In this document: positions 49,971 to 60,316 of the stretch, in pieces
Numbering within the stretch: position 1 is the stretch's first letter
How the letters are laid out: each line of letters starts with the position of its first letter
Source: a bacterium
GTDB taxonomy: Bacteria > Bdellovibrionota_C > UBA2361 > CALJRW01
Length of the DNA stretch: 64,000 bases
Reading direction: 5' to 3'
Assembly (NCBI GenBank): GCA_031385045.1
Contig: JANNBC010000024.1
Span: forward strand, 96,001-160,000
The notes under the pieces: model-generated
Database searches by the model: none
What the model saw: the letters and a program-made list of their open reading frames with translations, nothing else
Told to the model about the DNA's origin: nothing
Position numbers and translations under genes: made by a program

Positions 49971-51188
49971 ATGCTTACATTATATCAAACAACAATCCTA
50001 ATTCTAAGCATCATCTTATATCCTTGGCTAAAGATCAATAAAAAGACTGCGCCATTTTTGAGTCAGCGCTATGGGTATAAGTCGCTTCCAGCGGGAGAAT
50101 TTTATTGGTTTCACGGGGCATCTTTAGGGGAAATTCAGGGTCTCTTGCCCTTGATTAAATTACTTCGGAGCAAAGATCCACAGGCCCAAATCCTAGGTAC
50201 GGCAACATCAGTTAAGGGTTACCAGCAAATTTCTGAAATCGCTGACTTTGCTTCTTTATTGCCAATTGATCATCCAATTTATCTAAAAAAGTTTTTAGGT
50301 AAAGCCAGAATAAAAAAATTTATTTTTGGTGAAACTGAACTTTGGCCGACCATGTTAAGGCTCTTAAATAAACAGCAGGTTCCTTGTTATTTATTAAATG
50401 GCAGACTATCGGATTTTAATTTTAAACAATATTATTTTTTTAGAAGATTTTTTAAACCAATCTTGCAGGGTTTAAAAAAGATCTATTGTATCTCAGATCT
50501 TTATCAACAAAGGTTTATTGACTTAGGAGCCGACTCTTCTAAAGTTAAAGTCACGGGAAACTTAAAGTATGATCAGGCTGGCGCAATTATTACACCATCT
50601 CAGGCACTTGCTTATCAAGCTAAGACTTTTTCTAATCATTTACCAGTTTTAACTTTAGCCTCAATTCGTCCTGAAGAAGAAAGTTTTTTTACCCAAATTA
50701 TTAAGGATTATCAGCAAAAATTTAATATTGTTATTGTTCCCCGGCATGCTGAGAAATTTAGTTACTTTAAGGATTACTTAAATGATCAAAAGATAAGTTT
50801 TCAATTGAAATCAAAATTAACTGAGCCAACAGCAGATTGTATTGTTTTATATGATGTGATCGGAGAGTTAAATCAGATTTATTCCTTTTCTACAGTAAGT
50901 TTTATTGGTGGTAGCTTAGTTAAAGGAGTGGGTGGGCACAATCCTATGGAAGGAGCCCCATATCAAAATATTTTAATTATCGGCACTGAGTATCAAAATC
51001 AACTTGATTGTGTGACCGCCTTAGTCGCTAATCAAGCGATCTTTGTCGTAAGTGAAGCTAAGGAAATTTGTGATATTTTAGATCGCTACAAAGACTTGCA
51101 TGCTTATGGCAGTAGAGCTTTGCAAGTTTGGGAAGGGTTTCAAGGAAATAGCCAAGCGGTTTTTTGGGAGATTTTTGGTGATGCTTAA
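49971..51188 (+). CDS. waaA: Kdo transferase
   Basis: WFHGASLGE, ETELWP, NGRLSD, TGNLKYD, VPRH, GGHNPME. Confidence 0.92.
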   Translation: MLTLYQTTILILSIILYPWLKINKKTAPFLSQRYGYKSLPAGEFYWFHGASLGEIQGLLPLIKLLRSKDPQAQILGTATSVKGYQQISEIADFASLLPIDHPIYLKKFLGKARIKKFIFGETELWPTMLRLLNKQQVPCYLLNGRLSDFNFKQYYFFRRFFKPILQGLKKIYCISDLYQQRFIDLGADSSKVKVTGNLKYDQAGAIITPSQALAYQAKTFSNHLPVLTLASIRPEEESFFTQIIKDYQQKFNIVIVPRHAEKFSYFKDYLNDQKISFQLKSKLTEPTADCIVLYDVIGELNQIYSFSTVSFIGGSLVKGVGGHNPMEGAPYQNILIIGTEYQNQLDCVTALVANQAIFVVSEAKEICDILDRYKDLHAYGSRALQVWEGFQGNSQAVFWEIFGDA

Positions 51189-52182
51189 AATCTTATCTTT
51201 TTTATATTTAATAATAATTAAAATTAGAAATTATGCTTTTGACATAGGACTTTTTTCTTCTTATCAGTCTAAGTTTCCAATTATTTGTGTTGGAAATGCC
51301 ACGGCTGGAGGGAATGGCAAAACGCCAGTAGTCATTAAGATTGTACAAGACTTATTGCTACTTGGTTATCGGCCAGTTGTTTTATCTCGAGGATATGGAG
51401 GAAAAATTTCTGGACCTCATTTACTTACTACTACTGATACTCCAAATGACGTTGGTGATGAACCTGTTTTAATCTTTGAGGAAACGAATTGTCCGATAGT
51501 TGTTGCTCGTAAGCGTGTGGCTGGTTGTCAGCTAATTGAAAATCTGCAACTCGGCAATATTATTGTGATGGATGATGGTTATCAGCATCGTCAATTAATA
51601 CGAGATTTAAATATTCTTTGTTTTGATATTAGTCAGCAGTCACAAATTGAGATAGTCACAAATGGCTTATTATTGCCAGCTGGAAGATTACGCGAGCCGT
51701 TACCTGATGCCTTAAGGCGTTGTCAGATGGTGATCTTAAACTCACGTAAAAATAAATTCAGTAATCTCAATCTAATTACTTTTAATAAGCTTTTTGAAAG
51801 TTTGCCAGTTTATCAAACTAAGCTAAGAAGTTCTAATTTATCACCGCTTTTACCACCCAAGGATTTAATCAATCTAGAGCTCACTCCAAGGAAAGTTATT
51901 TTACTTTCTGCTATTGCCAAACCAGAGGGGTTTTTAGAAAGTATTGAATACTTAGGTTTTCAAGTAGTGGATAAAGTTTTTTATCCCGATCACTTCCAAT
52001 TTACATTGCAAGAAATTAATAAGATTCGTAAAGAACACCCAGAACTTCCGATTCTTTGTACGGCTAAGGATGCTGTTAAAATTCGCCGATTGACTGCTAA
52101 GCTAGATAATTTCTGGGTCCTTAAGACAGAGTTGTTTTTTAAGAATGAAACTCCAGATTGGAAGAAGTTTCTTAAGTTCTAA
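51181..52182 (+). CDS. lpxK: Tetraacyldisaccharide 4'-kinase
   Basis: CVGNATAGGNGKTP, SRGYGG, GDEP, DDGYQH, LLPAGRLRE, TAKDAVK; ATG 51181 overlaps the waaA stop. Confidence 0.93.
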   Translation: MLKILSFLYLIIIKIRNYAFDIGLFSSYQSKFPIICVGNATAGGNGKTPVVIKIVQDLLLLGYRPVVLSRGYGGKISGPHLLTTTDTPNDVGDEPVLIFEETNCPIVVARKRVAGCQLIENLQLGNIIVMDDGYQHRQLIRDLNILCFDISQQSQIEIVTNGLLLPAGRLREPLPDALRRCQMVILNSRKNKFSNLNLITFNKLFESLPVYQTKLRSSNLSPLLPPKDLINLELTPRKVILLSAIAKPEGFLESIEYLGFQVVDKVFYPDHFQFTLQEINKIRKEHPELPILCTAKDAVKIRRLTAKLDNFWVLKTELFFKNETPDWKKFLKF

Positions 52183-52863
52183 TTAAGCTTGCCAGCCAGC
52201 TAGATTCATTAAAGAGTTCATTTCTGATTCTAAATGTTGCAGAGCTGTGCTTATTTCTTGTTCTGTTAGATTTTTCTTTAGAATTAATGGTTTGCCAATA
52301 AAAAAAGTTCCTCTAGCAAATGGTTTAGGTAGAATCATTCGATCCCAGCTAGAAAATTGCCAGTAAGATTTTGTACCAAAGGCGATCGGAATGATTGGGG
52401 CTTGGGTGGCAATGGCTAATTGTACGACACCTTTTTTCAATTTATAAATTGGTCCACGTGGCCCATCAGGAGTAATTACTGCCGAATTACCGGAGCGGAC
52501 TAAATCAATCTGAGCAAGAAGAGCTTCCTTGCCTCCCTCGGAAGAAGAACCAGCTACTGAGTTAATTCCAAAGAATTTGACAGTACGAGCAATTAATCGG
52601 CCATCCGTATGTTTGGAAATCATCACATAAGGAATTGGTGTGTGCTTTTGTCGTAAGCCTAAAAATAACCTTGGCATGCAGAGTTGTTGGTTATGCCAAA
52701 AACTCATAATGATTGGCTTGCTATGAAAGATTTCAGCACTAGTAGTATCTAGAAATTTATATTCCCAGCGTTGGGTAGCATAGAGAAACTTAAGGAGTAG
52801 ATATCCTACAGTTGATCCCAAGATTACGGTTAAAGTTTTTTTAAATTTTTTGACCTTAGACAT
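52183..52863 (-). CDS. DUF374 lysophospholipid acyltransferase-family protein (LpxJ-like)
   Basis: FWH, SKHTDG, GSS, ITPDGPRGP, SWDRMILPKPF; lipid A gene context. Confidence 0.85.
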   Translation of the reverse strand: MSKVKKFKKTLTVILGSTVGYLLLKFLYATQRWEYKFLDTTSAEIFHSKPIIMSFWHNQQLCMPRLFLGLRQKHTPIPYVMISKHTDGRLIARTVKFFGINSVAGSSSEGGKEALLAQIDLVRSGNSAVITPDGPRGPIYKLKKGVVQLAIATQAPIIPIAFGTKSYWQFSSWDRMILPKPFARGTFFIGKPLILKKNLTEQEISTALQHLESEMNSLMNLAGWQA

Positions 52864-55783
52864 AGTTTGGAGCTTCGTCCTCTTTAAATTGTAAGCTATG
52901 TAACTTTAGATAAGTTCCATCTTTCGCTAAGAGTTCTTGATGGGTTCCAGCTTCTACTATCCGGCCTTGTTCCATTACCGCGATTAGATCCGCGTTTCGT
53001 ACAGTGGATAAGCGGTGAGCAATAATAATAGCAGTTCTTCCAGCTTGTAAGACTTCGAGTGCCTTTTGCACTTCATTCTCGGAACGGTTATCAAGTGCTG
53101 CCGTTGCTTCATCTAGAATTAAGATCGGAGCATTCTTTAGAATGGCACGAGCAATCGCAATTCTTTGCTTTTCTCCACCAGAAAGTGTTGCCCCATTTTC
53201 TCCTACTATTGTTTGATAGCCATCAGGGAATTGGCTGATAAACTGATCGGCGTAGGCTGCTTTAGCAGCTTCTCGAACTTGTTCTAGGCTTGCTTCTTGG
53301 TTGCCATAGGCAATATTATTAAAAATAGTATCATTAAATAAGAAAGTTGTTTGGTTTACCATGGCGATCTGTTTTCGAAGATCGCTAAGCGCCAGGTCTC
53401 TTAAATTTACTCCGCCAATTGAAATTGAGCCAATTTCTGGATCAATAAATCTTGGTAGTAAATCCACTAAGGTGCTTTTACCAGATCCTGAAAACCCTAC
53501 TAAGGCTAGCTTTTGTCCTGCTTTAATCGAGAGATTAATTTGATCTAAAGCTGGAACATTGGCCTTAGGGTAAGAGAAAGAAACATTTTTAAATTCAATT
53601 TGATAATTATTAGGAAATGAAAGTGGTGATTCAGCTTCTTTAACTGGAGATTCCGCATCAAGAATTTCATAAATACGTTCTGCCCCTGAAAGTCCTTGTT
53701 GTAATTGGTGATAAACCTTGGAGAGTTTTTTGATTGGATCGTAAAGTAAAAAGACTGCTACTAAGAATGAAATAAATTCACCTTGGCTTCTAACGCCAGT
53801 AATTACACTATTTCCACCGTAAAGAATTACACAACAAACTGCAATAACTGCAATAATTTCATTTACTGGATTAGAAAGTGCATTATATTTTTCTGATTTT
53901 ACAAAGACATTTGTGAGCTGTTGGTTTTTAGTTTCGAACTTATTTTGCTCAAATTTTTCTTGATGGAAAAGTTTAATCACTCGATTCCCAGCAACGCTTT
54001 CTTGAACTAGGGAGCTAGCATTGCCAATTTCAGCCTGACCAGCCTTACTTAATTTTCGAATCTTTCTTCCGAAATGATAAACTGGATAGACACAAAGTGG
54101 GAGTGCAATAAATGCAACCATTGCTAGTACTGGATCTAAATAGATGGCAGCTGCAATCAAGACAATAATACGAATACTATCGCGGACAACAGAGGCGGAA
54201 GATTTTGTTAGAAATTCTCTGACTAATAAGACATCACTAGTAAAGCGAGCTAAGATACTACCACTAGAGTTAAAGGAGAAATATTCTGGCGTTAGTCGAA
54301 GTAATTGTTGGTGCATTTTATTACGCATGTCACGAACGAGATTATGTCCGATTGCTGCCATTAAATACTCTTGTAGAAAACCACTGACGGCACGAATTAA
54401 TCCAAGGCCTATTAAAATAACTGGTAAAATCCAAAGTGCCCCAGCATTTTTATCAGCAAAGACTCCATCTAAAAAATGTTTAATAATAAAGGGGAGAGCT
54501 CCGTCTGTGGCACCAAAAATTACCATGGCAACTAGTGCTATTCCAAACTCTTTTCGATAGCTATTTAAGTTTGCAAGTAAACGACCAATTAAATTTGTTT
54601 TGTTGGGTGAAGCATTAAGATCTAATTTAGATTTAATTTCTAATGAAGCTCTTTGATAAGCAGATTGTTTTGGAGATTCCTTAGCGATCAGGGCTGATTG
54701 TATTTCGCCAAAGCTTGATATTAATTGCTGACGATAAGCCTGATTATAAATCAGTTCCTTTAATTCCTCGGCAATAGCCTCAGGTTTAAAATCAGCTTGA
54801 ATAAATTCTTTAATTGTTTTTGATTTAATAATGTTAACTAAAGAAAATTCTTTTATTTTTACAAATTTTTTAACAATTAAGTCAGCAAACCAAGATGCTT
54901 GGTAGAAGCAACAAAATGGTAGCTTTAAATAAGCTGCCTCTAGATTACATGTTCCAGATTTTAGTAATCCAGCATCAACATTTTTCATTACTACGCGGGA
55001 GTCAGTTTGAGAGACTTTAATCCAATCATACTTATTTTCAATTTTTGAAAATAATTTTGGTGATTGAGAGGGAGCAATCACAAAGAGAGCTTGGAGTTCA
55101 GGTATTTTTTCCTTGGCTTTTAGTAAACATTCCATAATACTTGGTAAGTGCTTTAGGATTTCTGATTTTCTGCTCCCGGCAAGTACGGCAACTGTTGGGT
55201 AACTTGGAACCAAGGCTAAGGAGCGTAATAAGCCATTGCGATCTTTATAATGAATCCCTTGGTCGAGTTGTAATTCAGTATTGAATGGGTGGCCAACAAA
55301 AGTTGCTGCTGGGTACTTGTTTTGCAGAAAGAACTCGGTCTCAAATGGAAAGATTGTTAAAGTTTGATCGATGTAACGATGAAAGAATTTAATTCTTTTT
55401 TGTCGCCAAGCCCAAATCTTAGGAGGAATAAAATAGACAGTTTTGATATTAAAGAGTTTCGCTACACGAGCTAGTCTTAAATTAAAATCAGGATAGTCTA
55501 CAACAACTAAGAGATCAGGTTTCCACTTTTTCAAAAAAAGACAGAAGCGAAAAAAGATTGGGAAGACGCTTAAGATTTTAAAAAGATTAAAGCCATTAAT
55601 AGCACCTTTTTTTTCTGAGTTAATTACTAATTGAACACCGGCATGTTCCAAGTTTTTGCCACCCATTCCGGCAAATTCAGCATTAGGATACTGCAATTTG
55701 AGAGACTCAACCAGTTTAGCGGCATGCTGATCGCCAGAGAGTTCTCCAGCAGAGATCGCGATTCGTATATTTTGCTGATTCAT
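52856..55783 (-). CDS. Fusion of lipid-A-disaccharide synthase LpxB and lipid A flippase MsbA
   Basis: N-terminal AGELSGD, VDYPDFNL, WAWR, FVGHP, AGSRKSE, KSGT; C-terminal ABC TMD, GFSGSGKS, LSGGEKQR, LDEATAALD; single ORF. Confidence 0.88.
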   Translation of the reverse strand: MNQQNIRIAISAGELSGDQHAAKLVESLKLQYPNAEFAGMGGKNLEHAGVQLVINSEKKGAINGFNLFKILSVFPIFFRFCLFLKKWKPDLLVVVDYPDFNLRLARVAKLFNIKTVYFIPPKIWAWRQKRIKFFHRYIDQTLTIFPFETEFFLQNKYPAATFVGHPFNTELQLDQGIHYKDRNGLLRSLALVPSYPTVAVLAGSRKSEILKHLPSIMECLLKAKEKIPELQALFVIAPSQSPKLFSKIENKYDWIKVSQTDSRVVMKNVDAGLLKSGTCNLEAAYLKLPFCCFYQASWFADLIVKKFVKIKEFSLVNIIKSKTIKEFIQADFKPEAIAEELKELIYNQAYRQQLISSFGEIQSALIAKESPKQSAYQRASLEIKSKLDLNASPNKTNLIGRLLANLNSYRKEFGIALVAMVIFGATDGALPFIIKHFLDGVFADKNAGALWILPVILIGLGLIRAVSGFLQEYLMAAIGHNLVRDMRNKMHQQLLRLTPEYFSFNSSGSILARFTSDVLLVREFLTKSSASVVRDSIRIIVLIAAAIYLDPVLAMVAFIALPLCVYPVYHFGRKIRKLSKAGQAEIGNASSLVQESVAGNRVIKLFHQEKFEQNKFETKNQQLTNVFVKSEKYNALSNPVNEIIAVIAVCCVILYGGNSVITGVRSQGEFISFLVAVFLLYDPIKKLSKVYHQLQQGLSGAERIYEILDAESPVKEAESPLSFPNNYQIEFKNVSFSYPKANVPALDQINLSIKAGQKLALVGFSGSGKSTLVDLLPRFIDPEIGSISIGGVNLRDLALSDLRKQIAMVNQTTFLFNDTIFNNIAYGNQEASLEQVREAAKAAYADQFISQFPDGYQTIVGENGATLSGGEKQRIAIARAILKNAPILILDEATAALDNRSENEVQKALEVLQAGRTAIIIAHRLSTVRNADLIAVMEQGRIVEAGTHQELLAKDGTYLKLHSLQFKEDEAPNYV

Positions 55784-56107
55784 TACTTTGTGTATAGTCA
55801 AATAGTTCCTGAGGGTGGTTAGGCAGTAGTTGCTTATTACCAATTTGTAGTCCTAGTGAACTTAGTTTACACCGATTGTCATTCATTTTTAACAAAAATT
55901 AATGACAATGGGCGAGCAAAATAATGGCGCAGCCATTTTTTGCCGTAGAAAATAACACCAAACCCTCCTAAATCATACTTTGATATTTTCAAAAATGATC
56001 AGCGGAGGGTTTATATTAACAAATAAGTGTTTTTTTGCCAAAACATGACTTCACTTTAACACTTAGGCCAGGAAAGGTTATTTTCCTTAAGTTTCTTAAG
56101 ATTCATT

Positions 56108-57979
56108 ATGCATAAAAGTTATTTAATCTGTAAGTTTTTGATTGTGCCTCTGGTATCTCTACTTGTTTCCTGTAGTGGTAGAGCTGAGTCACGAGCGGTA
56201 GTTGAACCTAAGCCAATTGAGGTAGTAAAGCCGTTAGGTCCACTTAATTCTACTAAAAAGTTTTCTACTTTAAATGTTCTTCCCTATCAGTCTAGTGAAA
56301 CAGATAAATATCAAGAGATTATCCTAAAAATTCTAAATACAAAAAGTATTGAACCTGAGTCGCAGCAGAAGATACTTGCTGGGTTAAGCAAAATAGCTAG
56401 TTCATATAAAATTAACCCCATTTTTTTACTAGCGATTGCTGACGTAACATCTCATTTCAATCCAGAATTTCAAAAAGATGACCGTCTAGGATTTATTCCT
56501 CTTAGTCCAGCTAAAGCTAGCTATATCGCTAAGCTCTATCAATTATCGTTTGCTGATCCAGCAGTGCTAAAGAATATAGAGAATAATTTGGAATTGGTGG
56601 GTGGCTATTTTGGTTTTGTGGCAGAACTTTACCCCAATAATTATGAGCATTTCTTATTAGCCTATAATTGGAATGCTGAGGCCTTAAGCCTTTTTCTTAA
56701 AAACCGTAGCTCTTTACCGAAATTACACCAAGATTTTTTAAATCAAGTTACTAAGGCATATGATTCTTACTTTATCGAAAAGCCAGCTAAGATTACTTCT
56801 CCAGTAGTAGAGGAGAAGTCAGCTTCCACCAATGTTGTGCCTGTAAAAGAAGAAGTTAAGCCTATGGAGAAAGAGGCTAAACAACAGGACGCACCTTCAA
56901 CACCTGTTGCTTCCAATGATCCTATCTTGCAAATCAATTCAGAGAAGCCATTGCCGGAATATTACTTAACTACCAAAAACAAGAAAACAAATAATGAATA
57001 TTATCAATCTTTACTCAGTATTTCTTTGGCAGAAAAACTTGATTCGGCCAATCATCAACAAGTGCTAAAAGTAATTGTGGAAGAAAGTCTGAAAGCAACA
57101 ATTGATCCTGTCTTTGTTTTTAGTTTTATTAAAAATTCTAGTAACTTTGATGCTAATCAAAAAATTAATGGCAAATATGGATTGATGCAAATTGGGGAAG
57201 ATGATGCTAAATTGGCAGCACAATTAATCGGACAAAATTGGCTTGGAAAAGATTCCCTAATAAACCCAGAAGTAAATTTGTCTCTGGGGCTAGCTTATCT
57301 AAAAATTTGCCATAATATTTTTGATAATAATGCTTTTCAATCGATTGCTGGTTATCGCTGGGGAATTAAAAATTTAATCTTTGCTTTAAAAAATAAAACT
57401 GATATTCCACCACTTGTTATTCGCTATCCCCAGAAAGTCCTAGAGGATTACCAAAGGTTTAATACTAAGCCTCAAAAATTAAATGATTCCAGCACAGCTG
57501 TAGCTGAGAAACGCCAGAATATTACTTTGGAACTTAATCCAGTTCAGAAATTAGTATGTGAGAACACTAAGGATTTAGATCTTTGTACTAAGCTTACAAA
57601 TTTGATTAAAAAAGAAGCTGAGAATTACCAAGTCTCGCCAATTGGTTTAGCTAAATATGCCTTTTTGCAAAGTAAGTTTAATGTGGATTTACAGGCCGGT
57701 GGTAAGTTTGGCTTATTCCAGTGGAGTTCCGCGGAAGCTGAAAAAATCTCAGAATATGCCAAGGTGGCCTGGGCTGGACCTAAAGAACTTTTAAAGCCAG
57801 AGTATTCAGTGCGTATTGCAGCTAAATATTACAGTTATCTAGAACAAAGATTTAAAGGTAATAAAAAGTATGTTGCATTGGGATTGTTTGGAGACGTTGA
57901 GCAAATTACTAGGGCATTAAATTCTAAAGGAACTATTCCCAATGATGTTAATTCTAAAGCAACTCAGTTTCTTCAGTAA
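56108..57979 (+). CDS. Lipoprotein with three SLT (lytic transglycosylase)-like domains
   Basis: Lipobox LVSC; three repeats of (I/V)xP...SxF(N/D)...G(F/L)(I/M/F)(P/Q) with YNW/YRWG-like motifs. Confidence 0.75.
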   Translation: MHKSYLICKFLIVPLVSLLVSCSGRAESRAVVEPKPIEVVKPLGPLNSTKKFSTLNVLPYQSSETDKYQEIILKILNTKSIEPESQQKILAGLSKIASSYKINPIFLLAIADVTSHFNPEFQKDDRLGFIPLSPAKASYIAKLYQLSFADPAVLKNIENNLELVGGYFGFVAELYPNNYEHFLLAYNWNAEALSLFLKNRSSLPKLHQDFLNQVTKAYDSYFIEKPAKITSPVVEEKSASTNVVPVKEEVKPMEKEAKQQDAPSTPVASNDPILQINSEKPLPEYYLTTKNKKTNNEYYQSLLSISLAEKLDSANHQQVLKVIVEESLKATIDPVFVFSFIKNSSNFDANQKINGKYGLMQIGEDDAKLAAQLIGQNWLGKDSLINPEVNLSLGLAYLKICHNIFDNNAFQSIAGYRWGIKNLIFALKNKTDIPPLVIRYPQKVLEDYQRFNTKPQKLNDSSTAVAEKRQNITLELNPVQKLVCENTKDLDLCTKLTNLIKKEAENYQVSPIGLAKYAFLQSKFNVDLQAGGKFGLFQWSSAEAEKISEYAKVAWAGPKELLKPEYSVRIAAKYYSYLEQRFKGNKKYVALGLFGDVEQITRALNSKGTIPNDVNSKATQFLQ

Positions 57980-57981
57980 TT

Positions 57982-58428
57982 TTAGGATTTATTTAGAAAC
58001 GGTGCTAGGAATAATTCCACAGCAGACGCGGCAAGTCCTATCTCCACATTGATGTTCGCTTGACGCAAAAGTTCAATACCACGACCGTTGTTCCTAGGAT
58101 CACTATCTAAGATCGCTACAAAAATTTTCTTTGGTCGCTGTTTGATTAATCGATCTGTGCAGGCCGGTGTCCTCCCAAAAAATGAGCAAGGTTCTAAAGT
58201 TACGAATAATTCACAGTCATTTAAGTCTTGCCCACAATTATCAATCGCTACAATTTCAGCATGTCTTTTCCCCGGTTCTTCGGTATATCCAGTAGCAATG
58301 ATCTCTCTGTTAAAAGTAACTATACAGCCAACTGGTGGATTTGGTCGACACTTGGGAAGTGCCAGTTTACTAATGGCCAGTGCCTGAAGCATAATTTCTT
58401 CGATCTCCATGCTCATTTTTGAAACCAT
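57982..58428 (-). CDS. Stand-alone RibD-type pyrimidine deaminase domain
   Basis: PNPPVGC, HAE, VTLEPCSFFGRTPAC. Confidence 0.85.
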   Translation of the reverse strand: MVSKMSMEIEEIMLQALAISKLALPKCRPNPPVGCIVTFNREIIATGYTEEPGKRHAEIVAIDNCGQDLNDCELFVTLEPCSFFGRTPACTDRLIKQRPKKIFVAILDSDPRNNGRGIELLRQANINVEIGLAASAVELFLAPFLNKS

Positions 58429-59057
58429 AAAACATTAGTATCTCCCAGCTGTTCTTGCTTGATTTCTTTAAGATGTAGTAACTTAGTGATATTAAAACGA
58501 GGCGTGCTCTTGGCTTGAGGGCCTAGGGTAATCGGTGCAATGGCAATTCTAATAAAATTAAATAAGCCAGCAGTAATTAATTGATTGATTAAGTTAGCAC
58601 CACCTTCTACTAGTAATTTACTGATACCCTTGGTTTTTAAATCAATTAGTAGATCAGTAAGCGAGTTTGGTAGTGGGTAGACTTTAACATTTGTAATAGT
58701 AAATTCTGGATGAAACTTATTACTATAAATTAGAGTGGTGGATTCTCCAGAGAAAATCCTGGTATTCGCTGATAGTTCTCCCGATTCACTAATGATAATC
58801 CGGCTGGGGTGTGGAGATTTCCCAGCCTTTTGCCTAAGCATAACTAGTGTCAAATCTTTGATGGTTAAATTCGGATTATCCTTACGAATAGTATTGGCTC
58901 CTACCAAGATACCATCGGATTCTGCTCTTAAGCGATCGACCGCAATCAAATCTTCAGCACTTGATAGTATCAGTCGATCCTCACTATCATTATCTAGATA
59001 GCCATCTAAGCTAATTGCTAGTTTTAAAGTAATCTCTGGAAGCCCTTGATTAATCAT
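58413..59057 (-). CDS. Stand-alone RibD-type reductase domain
   Basis: LKLAISLDG, ILVGANTIRKDNP, LLVEGG, IAP. Confidence 0.85.
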   Translation of the reverse strand: MINQGLPEITLKLAISLDGYLDNDSEDRLILSSAEDLIAVDRLRAESDGILVGANTIRKDNPNLTIKDLTLVMLRQKAGKSPHPSRIIISESGELSANTRIFSGESTTLIYSNKFHPEFTITNVKVYPLPNSLTDLLIDLKTKGISKLLVEGGANLINQLITAGLFNFIRIAIAPITLGPQAKSTPRFNITKLLHLKEIKQEQLGDTNVLWFQK

Positions 59058-59069
59058 TTAGTAATTAAT

Positions 59070-60284
59070 TTATTCACTAATTAGTTTTAGACTATGACCC
59101 AGTTTGTCACGTTTTGTTTTTAGATATTTAAGATTATGTTCATTTGGTTCAATTTCGATTGGAACGTTATCAACAATCTCTAGTCCGTAGCCAATAAGAC
59201 CAATCCGTTTCCGAGGGTTATTAGTTAGAAATTTAATTTTGGAGACATTAAGATCTCGTAAAATTTGAGCACCGATTCCATAGTCACGTTGATCTTTGGA
59301 GAATCCTAAAGCGAGATTAGCTTCAACTGTATCCATTCCTTCTTCTTGCAGTTGATAAGCTTTGAGCTTATTTAACAAACCAATTCCTCGACCTTCCTGA
59401 TTCATATAAAGAATGACACCCTTACCTTGTTTGTTAATCATTTCCATTGCAAAGCTGAGCTGGTCTCCACAATCACAGCGTAATGAGTGAAGGACATCAC
59501 CAGTTACACAAGAGGAGTGAACCCGCACAAGGATTGGTTCATCATGTTCCCATTCTCCTTTAGTCAGGGCTAAGTGCACATTTGTGGTGTGGTCTTCAGA
59601 ATATGCTGTTAGATTAAAGTCACCAAATTTAGTTGGTAATTTAATTTGAACTTCTTTCTTAATTAATTTTTCACGATAGAGTCGATATTCAATTAAATCT
59701 TTAATCGAAATAATTTTCAATTGATGTTGCTTAGCAATTTTTATTAGTTCCGGCAGGCGAGCCATGGTACCATCAGCATTCATAATTTCAACAAGCACTG
59801 CTGCTGGTTGTAGTCCCGCAAGTTGGGCTAGGTCTACACCAGCTTCGGTATGACCTGCTCGGCGCAAGACACCTCCTGGTTTAGCGGAAAGTGGAAAAAT
59901 ATGTCCAGGACGGGCAAAGTTATGGGCTTTAAATTTTGGGTTAGCAAGTGCTTGTACTGTTGCTGAGCGATCTGCCGCGGAAACTCCTGTCGTAATTTCT
60001 TTGCCAATCAAATCAACTGGGATTGTAAAAGGCGTCGAATAACGACTAGTGTTGTTATTAACCATCAGCTCCAAACCTAATTCCTGACAGCGAGTTTCAG
60101 GAAGTGGGGCACAAATGATTCCGCGTCCTTCTGTAGCCATAAAGTTAATAATCTCTGGTGTGGCCATTTCTGCTGCCACCACAAAGTCACCTTCATTTTC
60201 CCGTGCTTCATCATCAACAACAATTACTAATTTGCCAGCTTTGATATCAGCAATCGCCTCGGCAATGGAATTTAATTTAGACAT
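59070..60284 (-). CDS. ribBA: Bifunctional DHBP synthase / GTP cyclohydrolase II
   Basis: [50 protein letters not shown]. Confidence 0.96.
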   Translation of the reverse strand: MSKLNSIAEAIADIKAGKLVIVVDDEARENEGDFVVAAEMATPEIINFMATEGRGIICAPLPETRCQELGLELMVNNNTSRYSTPFTIPVDLIGKEITTGVSAADRSATVQALANPKFKAHNFARPGHIFPLSAKPGGVLRRAGHTEAGVDLAQLAGLQPAAVLVEIMNADGTMARLPELIKIAKQHQLKIISIKDLIEYRLYREKLIKKEVQIKLPTKFGDFNLTAYSEDHTTNVHLALTKGEWEHDEPILVRVHSSCVTGDVLHSLRCDCGDQLSFAMEMINKQGKGVILYMNQEGRGIGLLNKLKAYQLQEEGMDTVEANLALGFSKDQRDYGIGAQILRDLNVSKIKFLTNNPRKRIGLIGYGLEIVDNVPIEIEPNEHNLKYLKTKRDKLGHSLKLISE

Positions 60285-60316
60285 TTACTTATTTCTCATA
60301 AAAATTTGGTTTATTA

